From IMG/VR virus record IMGVR_UViG_3300042549_004140: a stretch of 20,000 nt of DNA; one strand, written 5' to 3'. The position numbers and the translations under genes are program-made. Shown here one piece after another: positions 8,119 to 16,496 of this stretch. The stretch comes from an uncultured virus (IMG/VR IMGVR_UViG_3300042549_004140). Lineage: Duplodnaviria > Heunggongvirae > Uroviricota > Caudoviricetes. The notes beneath the pieces were generated by a model. It was not told where the DNA came from, searched no databases, and saw only the letters and a list, made by a program, of their open reading frames with translations. The stretch's first letter is position 1; each line of letters starts with the position of its first letter.

Positions 8119-8546
8119 TGAATACTCCAGTTGTTTACACAGGAGGCACATTCGATCTCCCGCACCCAGGGCACTATCGACTCTTAGAACGAGCTGCAGA
8201 CTTTGGCAAGGTTGTGGTAGCCCTAAACACAGACGAGTTTATCTACAACTACAAGGGAAAATACCCAGTTCTGACCTACAACGAACGCGAAGAGATTCTA
8301 ATGGCCTGTAAATGGGTAGACCGCGTGATCCCAAACTTTGGCGGGGAGGACTCAACTATTTCGATTGATATGGTAAAGCCAGACTACATTATTATTGGGT
8401 CCGACTGGGCACGTAGAGACTACTACAAGCAAATGGGGTTTACTCAAGACTGGCTTGACGAGCGCGGGATTGGACTCATCTACGTGCCGTACACAAAAGG
8501 CATAAGTAGTACCGACATTAAGAAACGTATGAAGGATCTAGACTAA
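8118..8546 (+). CDS. Cytidylyltransferase (TagD/glycerol-3-phosphate cytidylyltransferase-like)
   Basis: YTGGTFDLPHPGH (HxGH), VALNTDEF, KGK.P....ER, IGSDW and GISST. Confidence 0.9.
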   Translation: MNTPVVYTGGTFDLPHPGHYRLLERAADFGKVVVALNTDEFIYNYKGKYPVLTYNEREEILMACKWVDRVIPNFGGEDSTISIDMVKPDYIIIGSDWARRDYYKQMGFTQDWLDERGIGLIYVPYTKGISSTDIKKRMKDLD

Positions 8547-9085
8547 AAAAGTCTACCATCCAAGTCTTCTTCTAGCTCAGCAGCCTCTGCTGCAGCAATA
8601 GCTTCTAACTCTTTACGAAGTTTCTTTTCCGCAATCATAGATTTATAAGCATTTACAGCATTAGCACTAGTGCGACTTCTCCAAGTAAATCCGCAGTCAG
8701 TACAACTGACAAGTCTAACTGTAGTCCAACGACCACCGTCCGGGTTCTCAGCAATCACTGGCTCAAGCTTTTTAGCTGTAGCACCGCAAAAAAGACACTG
8801 AGGGTAGCGGTCCCTGCGAATCTCAGCTCCGTCTGCATTTACAGATAAAGTACGACGAATCTCGTGCTCGTCTTTGCCTCCCCATATCCCCCAGATCTGG
8901 CTATTCTCTAGAGCCCACTTGATGCAATCTTTACGAACGGGGCAGAGGGCGCAGATACTCCGAGCAACTGCTTTTTCCTTAGGATCTTCGGAAAAGAAAA
9001 ATTCTACCTTTTCCATATTTTTATTTTTAGCGCACTCTGCATCAGACTGCCAATCCATGTCCTTGCTAGGAACCCATTCAACCAT
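8543..9085 (-). CDS. whiB: WhiB-family Fe-S transcription regulator with a C-terminal zinc-ribbon extension
   Basis: W...AEC, FF, C..CPV...C...AL and GIWGG, plus extra CLFC...CTDCGFTW. Confidence 0.88.
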   Translation of the reverse strand: MVEWVPSKDMDWQSDAECAKNKNMEKVEFFFSEDPKEKAVARSICALCPVRKDCIKWALENSQIWGIWGGKDEHEIRRTLSVNADGAEIRRDRYPQCLFCGATAKKLEPVIAENPDGGRWTTVRLVSCTDCGFTWRSRTSANAVNAYKSMIAEKKLRKELEAIAAAEAAELEEDLDGRLF

Positions 9086-9464
9086 TAAGCTCTACCCACG
9101 TAATTTCTAGTATTTCATCAACAACATCACCAGAATCAGTTTCTCCAAACTCATTACAGACCGTGAGAAAGATCTCACCGTCAATATATCCACCAAAACC
9201 ATGAGTAATCAACCCAGCATCTGCCAGCCGGTAGCCCTCACCAAGAGATATAGCTATACCATCTCTCTGCAGCGAAGACGCTAGAGCGCGTTTCACAACA
9301 TCAATCTCAACGTCTACATGCTCAAAAGTGTAGAACATAATTGAAGAAGGTCTGAAGGGGACAAACCCTTCTCCAGACCATTCTACCCATAGGCCCTCGC
9401 CTACTCTAGAATCCTTCAATTCACGCTCCTGATATACCTCTATTTTACAAGTTTTTCTGCCCAT
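9078..9464 (-). CDS. Hypothetical phage protein
   Basis: Acidic ORF whose end overlaps the whiB start. ATG 9464 (MGRKT) is preferred over the start at 9488. Confidence 0.7.
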   Translation of the reverse strand: MGRKTCKIEVYQERELKDSRVGEGLWVEWSGEGFVPFRPSSIMFYTFEHVDVEIDVVKRALASSLQRDGIAISLGEGYRLADAGLITHGFGGYIDGEIFLTVCNEFGETDSGDVVDEILEITWVELNG

Positions 9465-9521
9465 AATTACAATAAAACCAAGCCACAAAATTAAAACATA
9501 GGAGATTATAGGGGATGGATT

Positions 9522-9554
9522 TTCGTAGTAAAATTACTGTATACGTACTACGAA
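9522..9554. promoter_or_regulatory. Inverted repeat TTCGTAGTA-N15-TACTACGAA over a -10 TAAAAT
   Basis: Perfect 9-bp inverted repeat in a divergent intergenic region, with TAAAAT at 9529-9534. Confidence 0.5.
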
Positions 9555-9566
9555 TAGGAATACACA

Positions 9567-9734
9567 ATGTCAGACAACACTGAACTTTTCAACAACGTTC
9601 TAGCAGTCACCCGCGATCAACTAAGCAAGTCCATGGGACTAAATGCGGAACTTGAAGCACTGCTCATGGTGGAGCGCAATAAGGTGGCTGAGCTAGAAAA
9701 GCAACTTGAAGAAGCTAAAAAAGAAAAGAAGTAG
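9567..9734 (+). CDS. Small coiled-coil protein (55 aa)
   Basis: Not in the ORF track: MSDNTELFNNVLAVTRDQLSKSMGLNAELEALLMVERNKVAELEKQLEEAKKEKK*. AGGA SD; ends 2 nt before the next ATG. Confidence 0.8.
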   Translation: MSDNTELFNNVLAVTRDQLSKSMGLNAELEALLMVERNKVAELEKQLEEAKKEKK

Positions 9735-9736
9735 TC

Positions 9737-10207
9737 ATGTACGAAGTTAAAGATGGTGCCAGAACTTTACAGTTCAACGGCACTCTTCTAGGCAAGTCTA
9801 CTTCGTGGCGCAGGGGCTCAACCAGATGGATTGAGTTTGAACTTTACAAAACCGAGAGCGGCTCATACATCCTTTCTAGGATTGGAGTCTCTACGGTATT
9901 TCATGGAGCCGCATGCTCACTTGTGAAGCGATACGGACTTAGCGAAGCACACTACTCCTCGCTAAGGAACGACGCCATCCCCTGTGAGGAGTGCGGCCCA
10001 ACCGAAGAAGCAGATCTGATCTTCCCAGAAAAGCACCGCTACTGGGCACAGGTCTCGGATGAACCGGAAGCAGTTTTGGATGCCCTATACAAGTTTGATG
10101 ACGGTGGCGCACGCTACCTTACCAATGTCGCCCAGCGACTACTAGAAGCAGCTGCAGACAAAGATAAGTCAATAGACTCAATCTACAGAGTTGAAGTTAT
10201 CCCCTAA
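9737..10207 (+). CDS. Hypothetical phage protein, possible Zn-binding (H...C / CEEC)
   Basis: 156 aa ORF in an operon arrangement; RW.EFELYKT..G.YIL, HGAAC and CEECGP. Confidence 0.75.
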   Translation: MYEVKDGARTLQFNGTLLGKSTSWRRGSTRWIEFELYKTESGSYILSRIGVSTVFHGAACSLVKRYGLSEAHYSSLRNDAIPCEECGPTEEADLIFPEKHRYWAQVSDEPEAVLDALYKFDDGGARYLTNVAQRLLEAAADKDKSIDSIYRVEVIP

Positions 10208-10225
10208 CCATGATAAGGTGTGCTT

Positions 10226-10483
10226 ATGAATGAAGAAACCCCTCTACCAGATAACATACCTCCTGCTAATTTTCCAATAGTAACTAACCTCGAGATGGCT
10301 GCAACAGACCTACACGAGATGTTTCTCTCGCTTCTGTGGGCCGGCTTCACCGAAAAACAAGCCCTACACATTGTAGGTATGTCAGTGGCTGGCGGTATGC
10401 TGTCTCCATACATAACAAATAGCCGAGAAAATAAAGATTTCGTAGAGAACATGGATTTTGACGACGACGAAGACAACTTCTAA
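10226..10483 (+). CDS. Hypothetical protein with acidic tail
   Basis: ATG 10226 is preceded by TGaTAAGGT-N6 (leaderless). Contains LHEMF.SL..AGFTE.QAL. Confidence 0.75.
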   Translation: MNEETPLPDNIPPANFPIVTNLEMAATDLHEMFLSLLWAGFTEKQALHIVGMSVAGGMLSPYITNSRENKDFVENMDFDDDEDNF

Positions 10484-10547
10484 ATAGCATTGCTTTAGCA
10501 CACTAGTTGTGTTACCATTACAAAGACAAACGACAAAAGGATTAGAT

Positions 10548-12365
10548 ATGGCATCCGGCTTATCTGACGTAAAACTAAATCTAGTTAATAGCGTCAAAAC
10601 CGCTGAAGAGTTTATTAGCTGGCTAGGCGAGCGTCGACCATACAACGCAATTGCAATCGACACTGAAACAGGCGAACTTCCAGGGCACCCACGCGGCGAC
10701 GCCCTATCTCCTTGGCATGGACGTCTACGCTTAGTTCAGGTAGGTGACGGACAGACCGGTTGGTCCATCCCCTGGGACGAGTGGAACGGGGTTTTCTACG
10801 AAGCCATGAGCAAGTTTGATGGATTGATTGTCTGTCACAATATTGCCTTCGAGGCCCGCTGGTTTGATGTGCAATCCCGCTGGGACATGCCTTGGCACCG
10901 GGCGCACGACACCATGATTATGGCTCAGCTTATCGATCCACTGGGGTCAGGCGCGCTAAAACGTCTCACCGCACGGTATGTTGATGCACAGGCTGCCCAG
11001 CTCCAATCAGTACTAGACCAGGAACTAGCTAAAAACGGCTGGACCTGGGGAACTGTGCCTATTAACTTTGAACCTTACTGGGCCTATGGTGCCCTCGACA
11101 CTGTCCTAACTATGCGTCTATTTGAGCAGTTCTGGGAGAAGTGCGGTCCGGGTCAGCCTTATTCTCAGGCGTACGAGCTAGAGATGGCTACCCGAAAGAT
11201 TGTTACCCGTATGGAGATCAACGGCGCTAGGCTAGATCTAGACTACTCTCAGAAGAAGTACGACGAGCTGGTGAACTACACTGAACAGGTAAAGGAGTGG
11301 GGCAAGTCGCATTACGGCATGTCCATAACCAGTAATATCCAGCTAGTCAAGATCTTTGAGAGCCTCGGGGCTGAAATCACAGAGTTCACCCCATCAGGGC
11401 AGAAGTCTGCCTCTGCCGACCAGCTAAAAATCTTCCTACAAGAGGGTAACGCAGAAATCAAGCAGCTGGCTGACGTTGTGCTCAAACAGAGAAAAGCTGA
11501 CAAACTAGCCAACACATATTTCAAGAACTTCATTAATGACAATGTAAATGGTTTTGTACACCCATCTGTAAAGACAATGGGTGCCCGCACCGGTCGCATG
11601 TCCATCCAGAACCCAGCCCTACAGACTCTTCCAAAGGGAGACGACACAGTGCGCCGCGCGTTCTTGCCTAAAGATGACGACCACGTAATCATCACCTCGG
11701 ACCTTGACCAGGTTGAGTTCCGTATGTTCGCATCGCTATCTAAGGATCCAAACCTAATCAGCCTATTTAACTTAGCTGACGCTACTGGCTCTGACCCGTT
11801 CACCGAGATCGGCCGCGAGATCTATCAAGACCCAACAATGCAGAAGTCAGACAAGCGTCGTGGACTTATCAAGGGCGTGGTCTACGGTCGTCTCTATGGA
11901 GCAGGTGTAGAAAAGCAAGCCGTTACTGCTGGTGTAGCCAAGGATCAGATGCAGGCAGTGTCAGACGCATTCGACCTACGATTCCCAGGCATGACCCTGT
12001 TCCAGAAGCAGGTCGAAGACGTGGGTATGCGCCGACTACGCGCAGAAGGTCAGGGCTACGTAAATACTTGGACTGGACGTCGCTTACCTTGTGACGAAGA
12101 CCGAGTGTATACTCTGGTTAACTACCTAATCCAAGGAGGTGCTGCAGAAGTGTTTAAGTCAAACCTAATCAAACTAGACAAGGCAGATCTAACTGAACTA
12201 CTTATTGTGCCCGTACACGACGAAATCGTACTAAACGCACCTCGCGAAGATGCGGCCGAGATCCAACAGATCGTACGCGAGTGTATGACCACCCGCGATG
12301 GCTGGTCAGTGCCTCTTACCGCTGATGTTGACGGACCTCTAGAGAACTGGGGAGCAAAGTACTAA
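10548..12365 (+). CDS. polA: Family A DNA polymerase (3'-5' exonuclease plus polymerase, no 5'-3' exonuclease)
   Basis: ExoI DTETG, ExoII HNIAFE, ExoIII YGALD, TGRMS..NP.LQ, motif A SDLDQVEFR, motif B K...YGRLYG and motif C VHDE. Start ATG 10548 with AAAGGA SD. Confidence 0.96.
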   Translation: MASGLSDVKLNLVNSVKTAEEFISWLGERRPYNAIAIDTETGELPGHPRGDALSPWHGRLRLVQVGDGQTGWSIPWDEWNGVFYEAMSKFDGLIVCHNIAFEARWFDVQSRWDMPWHRAHDTMIMAQLIDPLGSGALKRLTARYVDAQAAQLQSVLDQELAKNGWTWGTVPINFEPYWAYGALDTVLTMRLFEQFWEKCGPGQPYSQAYELEMATRKIVTRMEINGARLDLDYSQKKYDELVNYTEQVKEWGKSHYGMSITSNIQLVKIFESLGAEITEFTPSGQKSASADQLKIFLQEGNAEIKQLADVVLKQRKADKLANTYFKNFINDNVNGFVHPSVKTMGARTGRMSIQNPALQTLPKGDDTVRRAFLPKDDDHVIITSDLDQVEFRMFASLSKDPNLISLFNLADATGSDPFTEIGREIYQDPTMQKSDKRRGLIKGVVYGRLYGAGVEKQAVTAGVAKDQMQAVSDAFDLRFPGMTLFQKQVEDVGMRRLRAEGQGYVNTWTGRRLPCDEDRVYTLVNYLIQGGAAEVFKSNLIKLDKADLTELLIVPVHDEIVLNAPREDAAEIQQIVRECMTTRDGWSVPLTADVDGPLENWGAKY

Positions 12366-12829
12366 TGCGACACATTTTAGCAGTAGACCCAGGAAAAGCC
12401 ACCGGCATGTGCTACTTCACGTGGGACGGTAAAGAGGACCCAACGATGCTTTGGTCCGGAGAGTATCAGCAGCACGAGTACGCTCAGCCTATTCGAGACG
12501 CTTTCAGATTCTCCCAGTCGCACGGGGTAAAGCTTGAAGTTGTGTGCGAGCGATTCACCATCAACGCTCAGACCGTTCGCAACTCGCAGGCTCCGTATTC
12601 GCTGGAGCAGATTGGAATCCTAAAGCAGATTATTATGGACAATGGACGATCTCCCGAAGAAATCTTTTTCCAATCTCCAGCCGACGCAAAAGCAATGTTC
12701 ACTAATGAAAAGATTAGAATCCTTGATTACTGGCATCGCGGAGGCGAGGGGCACGCACTTGACAGCATCCGACATGGCCTGCTAAGATTGGTCAAAAGTG
12801 GCTGGAAACCACTAAAACTTTTAAAATAG
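12365..12829 (+). CDS. RuvC-like/RNase H-fold nuclease (putative Holliday junction resolvase)
   Basis: ILAVDPGKATG, VVCE and HALDSIRH give an acidic catalytic pattern. Confidence 0.7.
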   Translation: MRHILAVDPGKATGMCYFTWDGKEDPTMLWSGEYQQHEYAQPIRDAFRFSQSHGVKLEVVCERFTINAQTVRNSQAPYSLEQIGILKQIIMDNGRSPEEIFFQSPADAKAMFTNEKIRILDYWHRGGEGHALDSIRHGLLRLVKSGWKPLKLLK

Positions 12830-12907
12830 TCGAGATACTATAGCTTTTTGCTAATAATATTTCCTAAAATGTGATAGTATCTATTTAGAGACGAAAGGAA
12901 CAACAAC

Positions 12908-14719
12908 ATGGCAGTAGGAGTAGAGCTGGACGAAACCGGCAAATACATCTTTATTAACGCTGACTGGCGTTACAAAGAACTGTGCAAAAGCCTACCTGGC
13001 TCGTCTTATGACGGAAAATCCCAACTTTGGAAGGTCCCAGCGTCGTGGACATCCTGTCTAGCTTTACGCTCAACGTTTAAAGAAGACCTAGTTCTAGGCG
13101 ATGCCCTTACCGCATGGGCCAGCGCAGAACGCACCAACCGAGTAGACCCAAGCAACGCTCTTCGCGACCTAGAGATTCTTCCAGACGGAGAAGGCGATGA
13201 AGACCTATTCCCTCACCAACGCGCTGGAGTTAAGTACCTAGCAACCGCACGCCGCGCTCTACTAGCCGATGAGCCCGGTCTTGGCAAGACTGCCCAGGCT
13301 ATCCGCGCCCTTAAAAAAATTCAGGACGATGGCGGAGAACCATTTCCAGCACTAGTCGTTTGCCCTAACACTTTGAAAAAGAACTGGAAGCGCGAGTTTG
13401 AGAAGTGGTGGCCAGGCGTACGCGTCCAGGTTATCAAGGGAACCGCTACTCAGCGTCGTAAGCAGTTTGAAGAAGAAGCCGATGTTTACGCAATAAACTG
13501 GGAATCTCTACGCTCACACTCTCGACTATCGCCTTATGGCTCTATTGCACTAGCACGCTGCTCAGCCTGCGGTGGATTAGACGACCGCGTAACCGAGACC
13601 CGCTGCGAGGTACACCCGCGAGAACTTAACAATATTGACTTTAAGGCCGTCATTGCTGACGAGATGCACCGCTCAAAGGACCCTAAGTCTAAGCAGAGCC
13701 GCGCTCTATGGGCCGCCACCGGAGACGCAGACATTCGCTTTGCATTGACCGGTACCCCTATTGCAAATGACGTGCTTGATATGTGGGCAATCCTGCACTG
13801 GCTTTCGCCAGAAGAGTGGCCTAGCAAGACTAAGTGGATTGACCGCATGGTAAACACGATGCTCAACGCTTTCGGTGGCATGATGGTTCTAGGACTAAAG
13901 CCGCATATGGAAGCAGAGTTCCACGCAACTGTAAACCCACGCATGCGCCGCATGCTTAAGTCACGCGTACTTCCTTGGCTACCTGAGATGATGTTTGAAC
14001 GTCGCGACGTCGAGATGTCAGCAAAGCAGGCAAAAGCTTACAAGGACATGCGCGACAACATGATTGCAGAGCTTGAAGGTGGCGGTGGGGCAGTGGTGGC
14101 ACCAAGCGTTCTAACTCAGACAACTCGTCTACACCAGTTTGCTAGCTCTTTTGCAGAAATCACTGTAGACGAAACTACTGGAGAAGAGGTTGTGCTATTA
14201 GCAGAGCCATCGTGTAAAGTAGATGCTCTAATGGATGATATTAAGAGCGGCGACTTTGGAGACGACTCAGTAGCGGTAGCCGCTGTGTCCCGTCAGCTAA
14301 TCGAACTTCTTAGCGCACGTTTGACCAAGGAGGGAATTGCTCACGGCCTAATCACTGGTGCCCAGAATGAGGACCAGCGTCAGAAGGCCATTGACGACTT
14401 CCAGTCTGGCAAGACCAAGTGGATCCTGTTCACGGTGCAGGCTGGTGGTGTAGGTGTGACCCTTACCGCCGGACGTCGCCTAGTGATGCTTCAGCGCCCG
14501 TGGTCGCTAGTTGACCACAAACAAGCTCTAGACCGTATTCACCGAATCGGTTCTGAGATCCACGACTCTGTGATTATCATGGACTACGTGACCGAAGGTA
14601 CCATTGAAGAACGTGTTCTTCAGGTACTGGAAACAAAGGCAGACAACTTCGAGCAGATTGTCAAAGACAAAGATAAACTGTTAGAGTTGCTAAAAGACGA
14701 TAAGGCTGGTAAGCTCTAA
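12908..14719 (+). CDS. SNF2-family DNA helicase/translocase with Zn-finger insertion
   Basis: LFPHQ, LADEPGLGKT, VVCP, DEMH, LTGTP, AGGVGVTLT and QALDRIHRIG. Confidence 0.93.
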   Translation: MAVGVELDETGKYIFINADWRYKELCKSLPGSSYDGKSQLWKVPASWTSCLALRSTFKEDLVLGDALTAWASAERTNRVDPSNALRDLEILPDGEGDEDLFPHQRAGVKYLATARRALLADEPGLGKTAQAIRALKKIQDDGGEPFPALVVCPNTLKKNWKREFEKWWPGVRVQVIKGTATQRRKQFEEEADVYAINWESLRSHSRLSPYGSIALARCSACGGLDDRVTETRCEVHPRELNNIDFKAVIADEMHRSKDPKSKQSRALWAATGDADIRFALTGTPIANDVLDMWAILHWLSPEEWPSKTKWIDRMVNTMLNAFGGMMVLGLKPHMEAEFHATVNPRMRRMLKSRVLPWLPEMMFERRDVEMSAKQAKAYKDMRDNMIAELEGGGGAVVAPSVLTQTTRLHQFASSFAEITVDETTGEEVVLLAEPSCKVDALMDDIKSGDFGDDSVAVAAVSRQLIELLSARLTKEGIAHGLITGAQNEDQRQKAIDDFQSGKTKWILFTVQAGGVGVTLTAGRRLVMLQRPWSLVDHKQALDRIHRIGSEIHDSVIIMDYVTEGTIEERVLQVLETKADNFEQIVKDKDKLLELLKDDKAGKL

Positions 14720-14721
14720 AT

Positions 14722-15687
14722 ATGAACGACGAAACGACACCAGAAGTAAAAACACCTTACACACTCTCCAACTCGGAAATCCAGGTGTTTAAGGATTGCC
14801 GACGTAAGTGGTGGCTCAACTACTACCGACGTCTACAGCCAAAGCAGACTCAGTTTACTGGAGCCCTAGCTCTTGGTTCCCGCATCCACGAGGCTCTAGA
14901 CCGTTACTACTCGTCTGATGGCGAAATCGGTTTGCTAGAGGCTCACGCTACACTTGTAGCCGAAGACATGGCTAAGCTAGTCGCTGACTACCGCGACACC
15001 ACGGACCTAGAGTCTGAGGCAGAGCTAGGTCGCATCATGCTTGAAGGCTACCTCGAGTGGATGGACGAAGAAGGTATTGACTCTAACCTAGAGAAGATCT
15101 CTAACGAAGAGATTATCCAGATGCCACTCTTCGATGGAGAAGTTATTCTTCAGGGTAAGCTAGACATGCGTGTCCGCCGCAAGAACGATGGCGTACGCAT
15201 GTTCCGCGACTTCAAGACTGTGGGTGGCTCGTTCTCGGACTTTGCCAACCAGGCTCAGATGAACGAGCAGATCCTTACCTACATGCTCCTAGAGTCTGCA
15301 CAGAACAAGGAACCCGGCGAACGCTCCGAGGGCGGCATCTTTACCATGCTAAAAAAGGTAAAGCGTACAGCTAACGCACGTCCACCGTTCTACGAACAAA
15401 TCGAAGTTCGTCACAATATTTTCACAATGCGCTCGTTTTGGCAGCGTATTCATGGTACGATTAGTGATCTGATGAACGTCAAGAAAGCTCTTGACGTAGG
15501 TTCAGACCCAAACTTTGTGGCTTACCCAAGCCCAAACAAAGACTGCAAATGGAAGTGTCAGTTCTATACTATCTGTCCGATGATTGACGACGGTAGCGCG
15601 GCTGAGGCGGCTATTGAGCAGCTGTATGTGGTATCCGACCCATACGGTTACTACGGTAAAGACGAAGAGAAGAAAGGAACAGAGTAA
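14722..15687 (+). CDS. Cas4/RecB-like PD-(D/E)xK exonuclease
   Basis: SNSEI..F..C.RKW, G..IHEAL, GKLD, DFKT, Q...Y and CKWKCQFYTIC (Fe-S-type Cys cluster). Confidence 0.88.
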   Translation: MNDETTPEVKTPYTLSNSEIQVFKDCRRKWWLNYYRRLQPKQTQFTGALALGSRIHEALDRYYSSDGEIGLLEAHATLVAEDMAKLVADYRDTTDLESEAELGRIMLEGYLEWMDEEGIDSNLEKISNEEIIQMPLFDGEVILQGKLDMRVRRKNDGVRMFRDFKTVGGSFSDFANQAQMNEQILTYMLLESAQNKEPGERSEGGIFTMLKKVKRTANARPPFYEQIEVRHNIFTMRSFWQRIHGTISDLMNVKKALDVGSDPNFVAYPSPNKDCKWKCQFYTICPMIDDGSAAEAAIEQLYVVSDPYGYYGKDEEKKGTE

Positions 15688-15689
15688 GC

Positions 15690-16463
15690 ATGTCAGATGT
15701 ACAGCGTTCTCTAACCCTTATGGTCTATGGCGAGTCAAAGGTTGGTAAATCAACTTTTGCTGTCACAGCTCCATATCCCCGACTAATGCTAGACGTGGAA
15801 GGCGGCCACCGCTTCCTCCCAATCAACGTTCGGTATTGGGACCCAATGCGCGAAGAGCCACCAGTGGCTGACGGCACATGGGACACAGTAGTTGTGCAAG
15901 TTCGCGACTACGATGTTGTTTTGAAGGCATTCCAGTGGCTTCAGAGCGGCAAGCACCAGTTCAAGTCACTAATCATTGACTCCATCTCGGAGCTTCAGGT
16001 TAAGTGTATGGACAACATTGCAGGCACCGAGCAGATGAAGATGCAGCAGTGGGGCGAGCTACTTCGCCACATGGGCGCGCTTCTACGCGACCTACGCGAC
16101 CTAACGATGCACCCAACCCAGCCTCTCGAGGCAGTTGTGCTCACCGCTATGGCCAAGCGCGGTCAGGATGACCTCATGCACCCCTACCTACAGGGTCAGC
16201 TTGCGGTCCAGGCCCCGTACTTCTACGATGTACTTGGATACATCTCTAACGAGACTATTCCAAACCCAGATCCAACTCAACTGCCTTACCGAGCACGTCG
16301 TATGTATGTGGAGCGTACCGACAAGGTAGAAGCAGGAGAGCGTGTTCAGGGTCGCCTAGGTGCGATTGTTGAGCAGGAAAACCTTGGTGTAGAGCGCATG
16401 CTTGACATCATCTTCGGTGAAAAGACCGAAACCAAAAAGAAGTCTACCCAGGCTTCGGCATAA
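15690..16463 (+). CDS. AAA_24 / Sak4-like P-loop ATPase (single-strand annealing recombinase)
   Basis: VYGESKVGKST, LDVEGG and IIDSISELQ, positioned between the exonuclease and SSB. Confidence 0.85.
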   Translation: MSDVQRSLTLMVYGESKVGKSTFAVTAPYPRLMLDVEGGHRFLPINVRYWDPMREEPPVADGTWDTVVVQVRDYDVVLKAFQWLQSGKHQFKSLIIDSISELQVKCMDNIAGTEQMKMQQWGELLRHMGALLRDLRDLTMHPTQPLEAVVLTAMAKRGQDDLMHPYLQGQLAVQAPYFYDVLGYISNETIPNPDPTQLPYRARRMYVERTDKVEAGERVQGRLGAIVEQENLGVERMLDIIFGEKTETKKKSTQASA

Positions 16464-16496
16464 CCCCCTCTAGAATAGGAAAAATAAAAAACAGCT

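Noticed and set aside
10509..10547. Upstream start for polA (and similarly 17108 for the GT-B gene)
   Set aside because: The polA ATG at 10548 has an AAAGGA SD, and ATG 17144 has a purine-rich leader; the extensions overlap a promoter-like region or a hairpin.
11312..13953. Antisense ORFs of 163 aa and 139 aa within polA and the helicase
   Set aside because: They are codon-bias shadows of strong sense genes.
14722..15687. Cas4-like gene as evidence of a CRISPR system
   Set aside because: No repeat-spacer array or other cas genes; the context is phage recombination.
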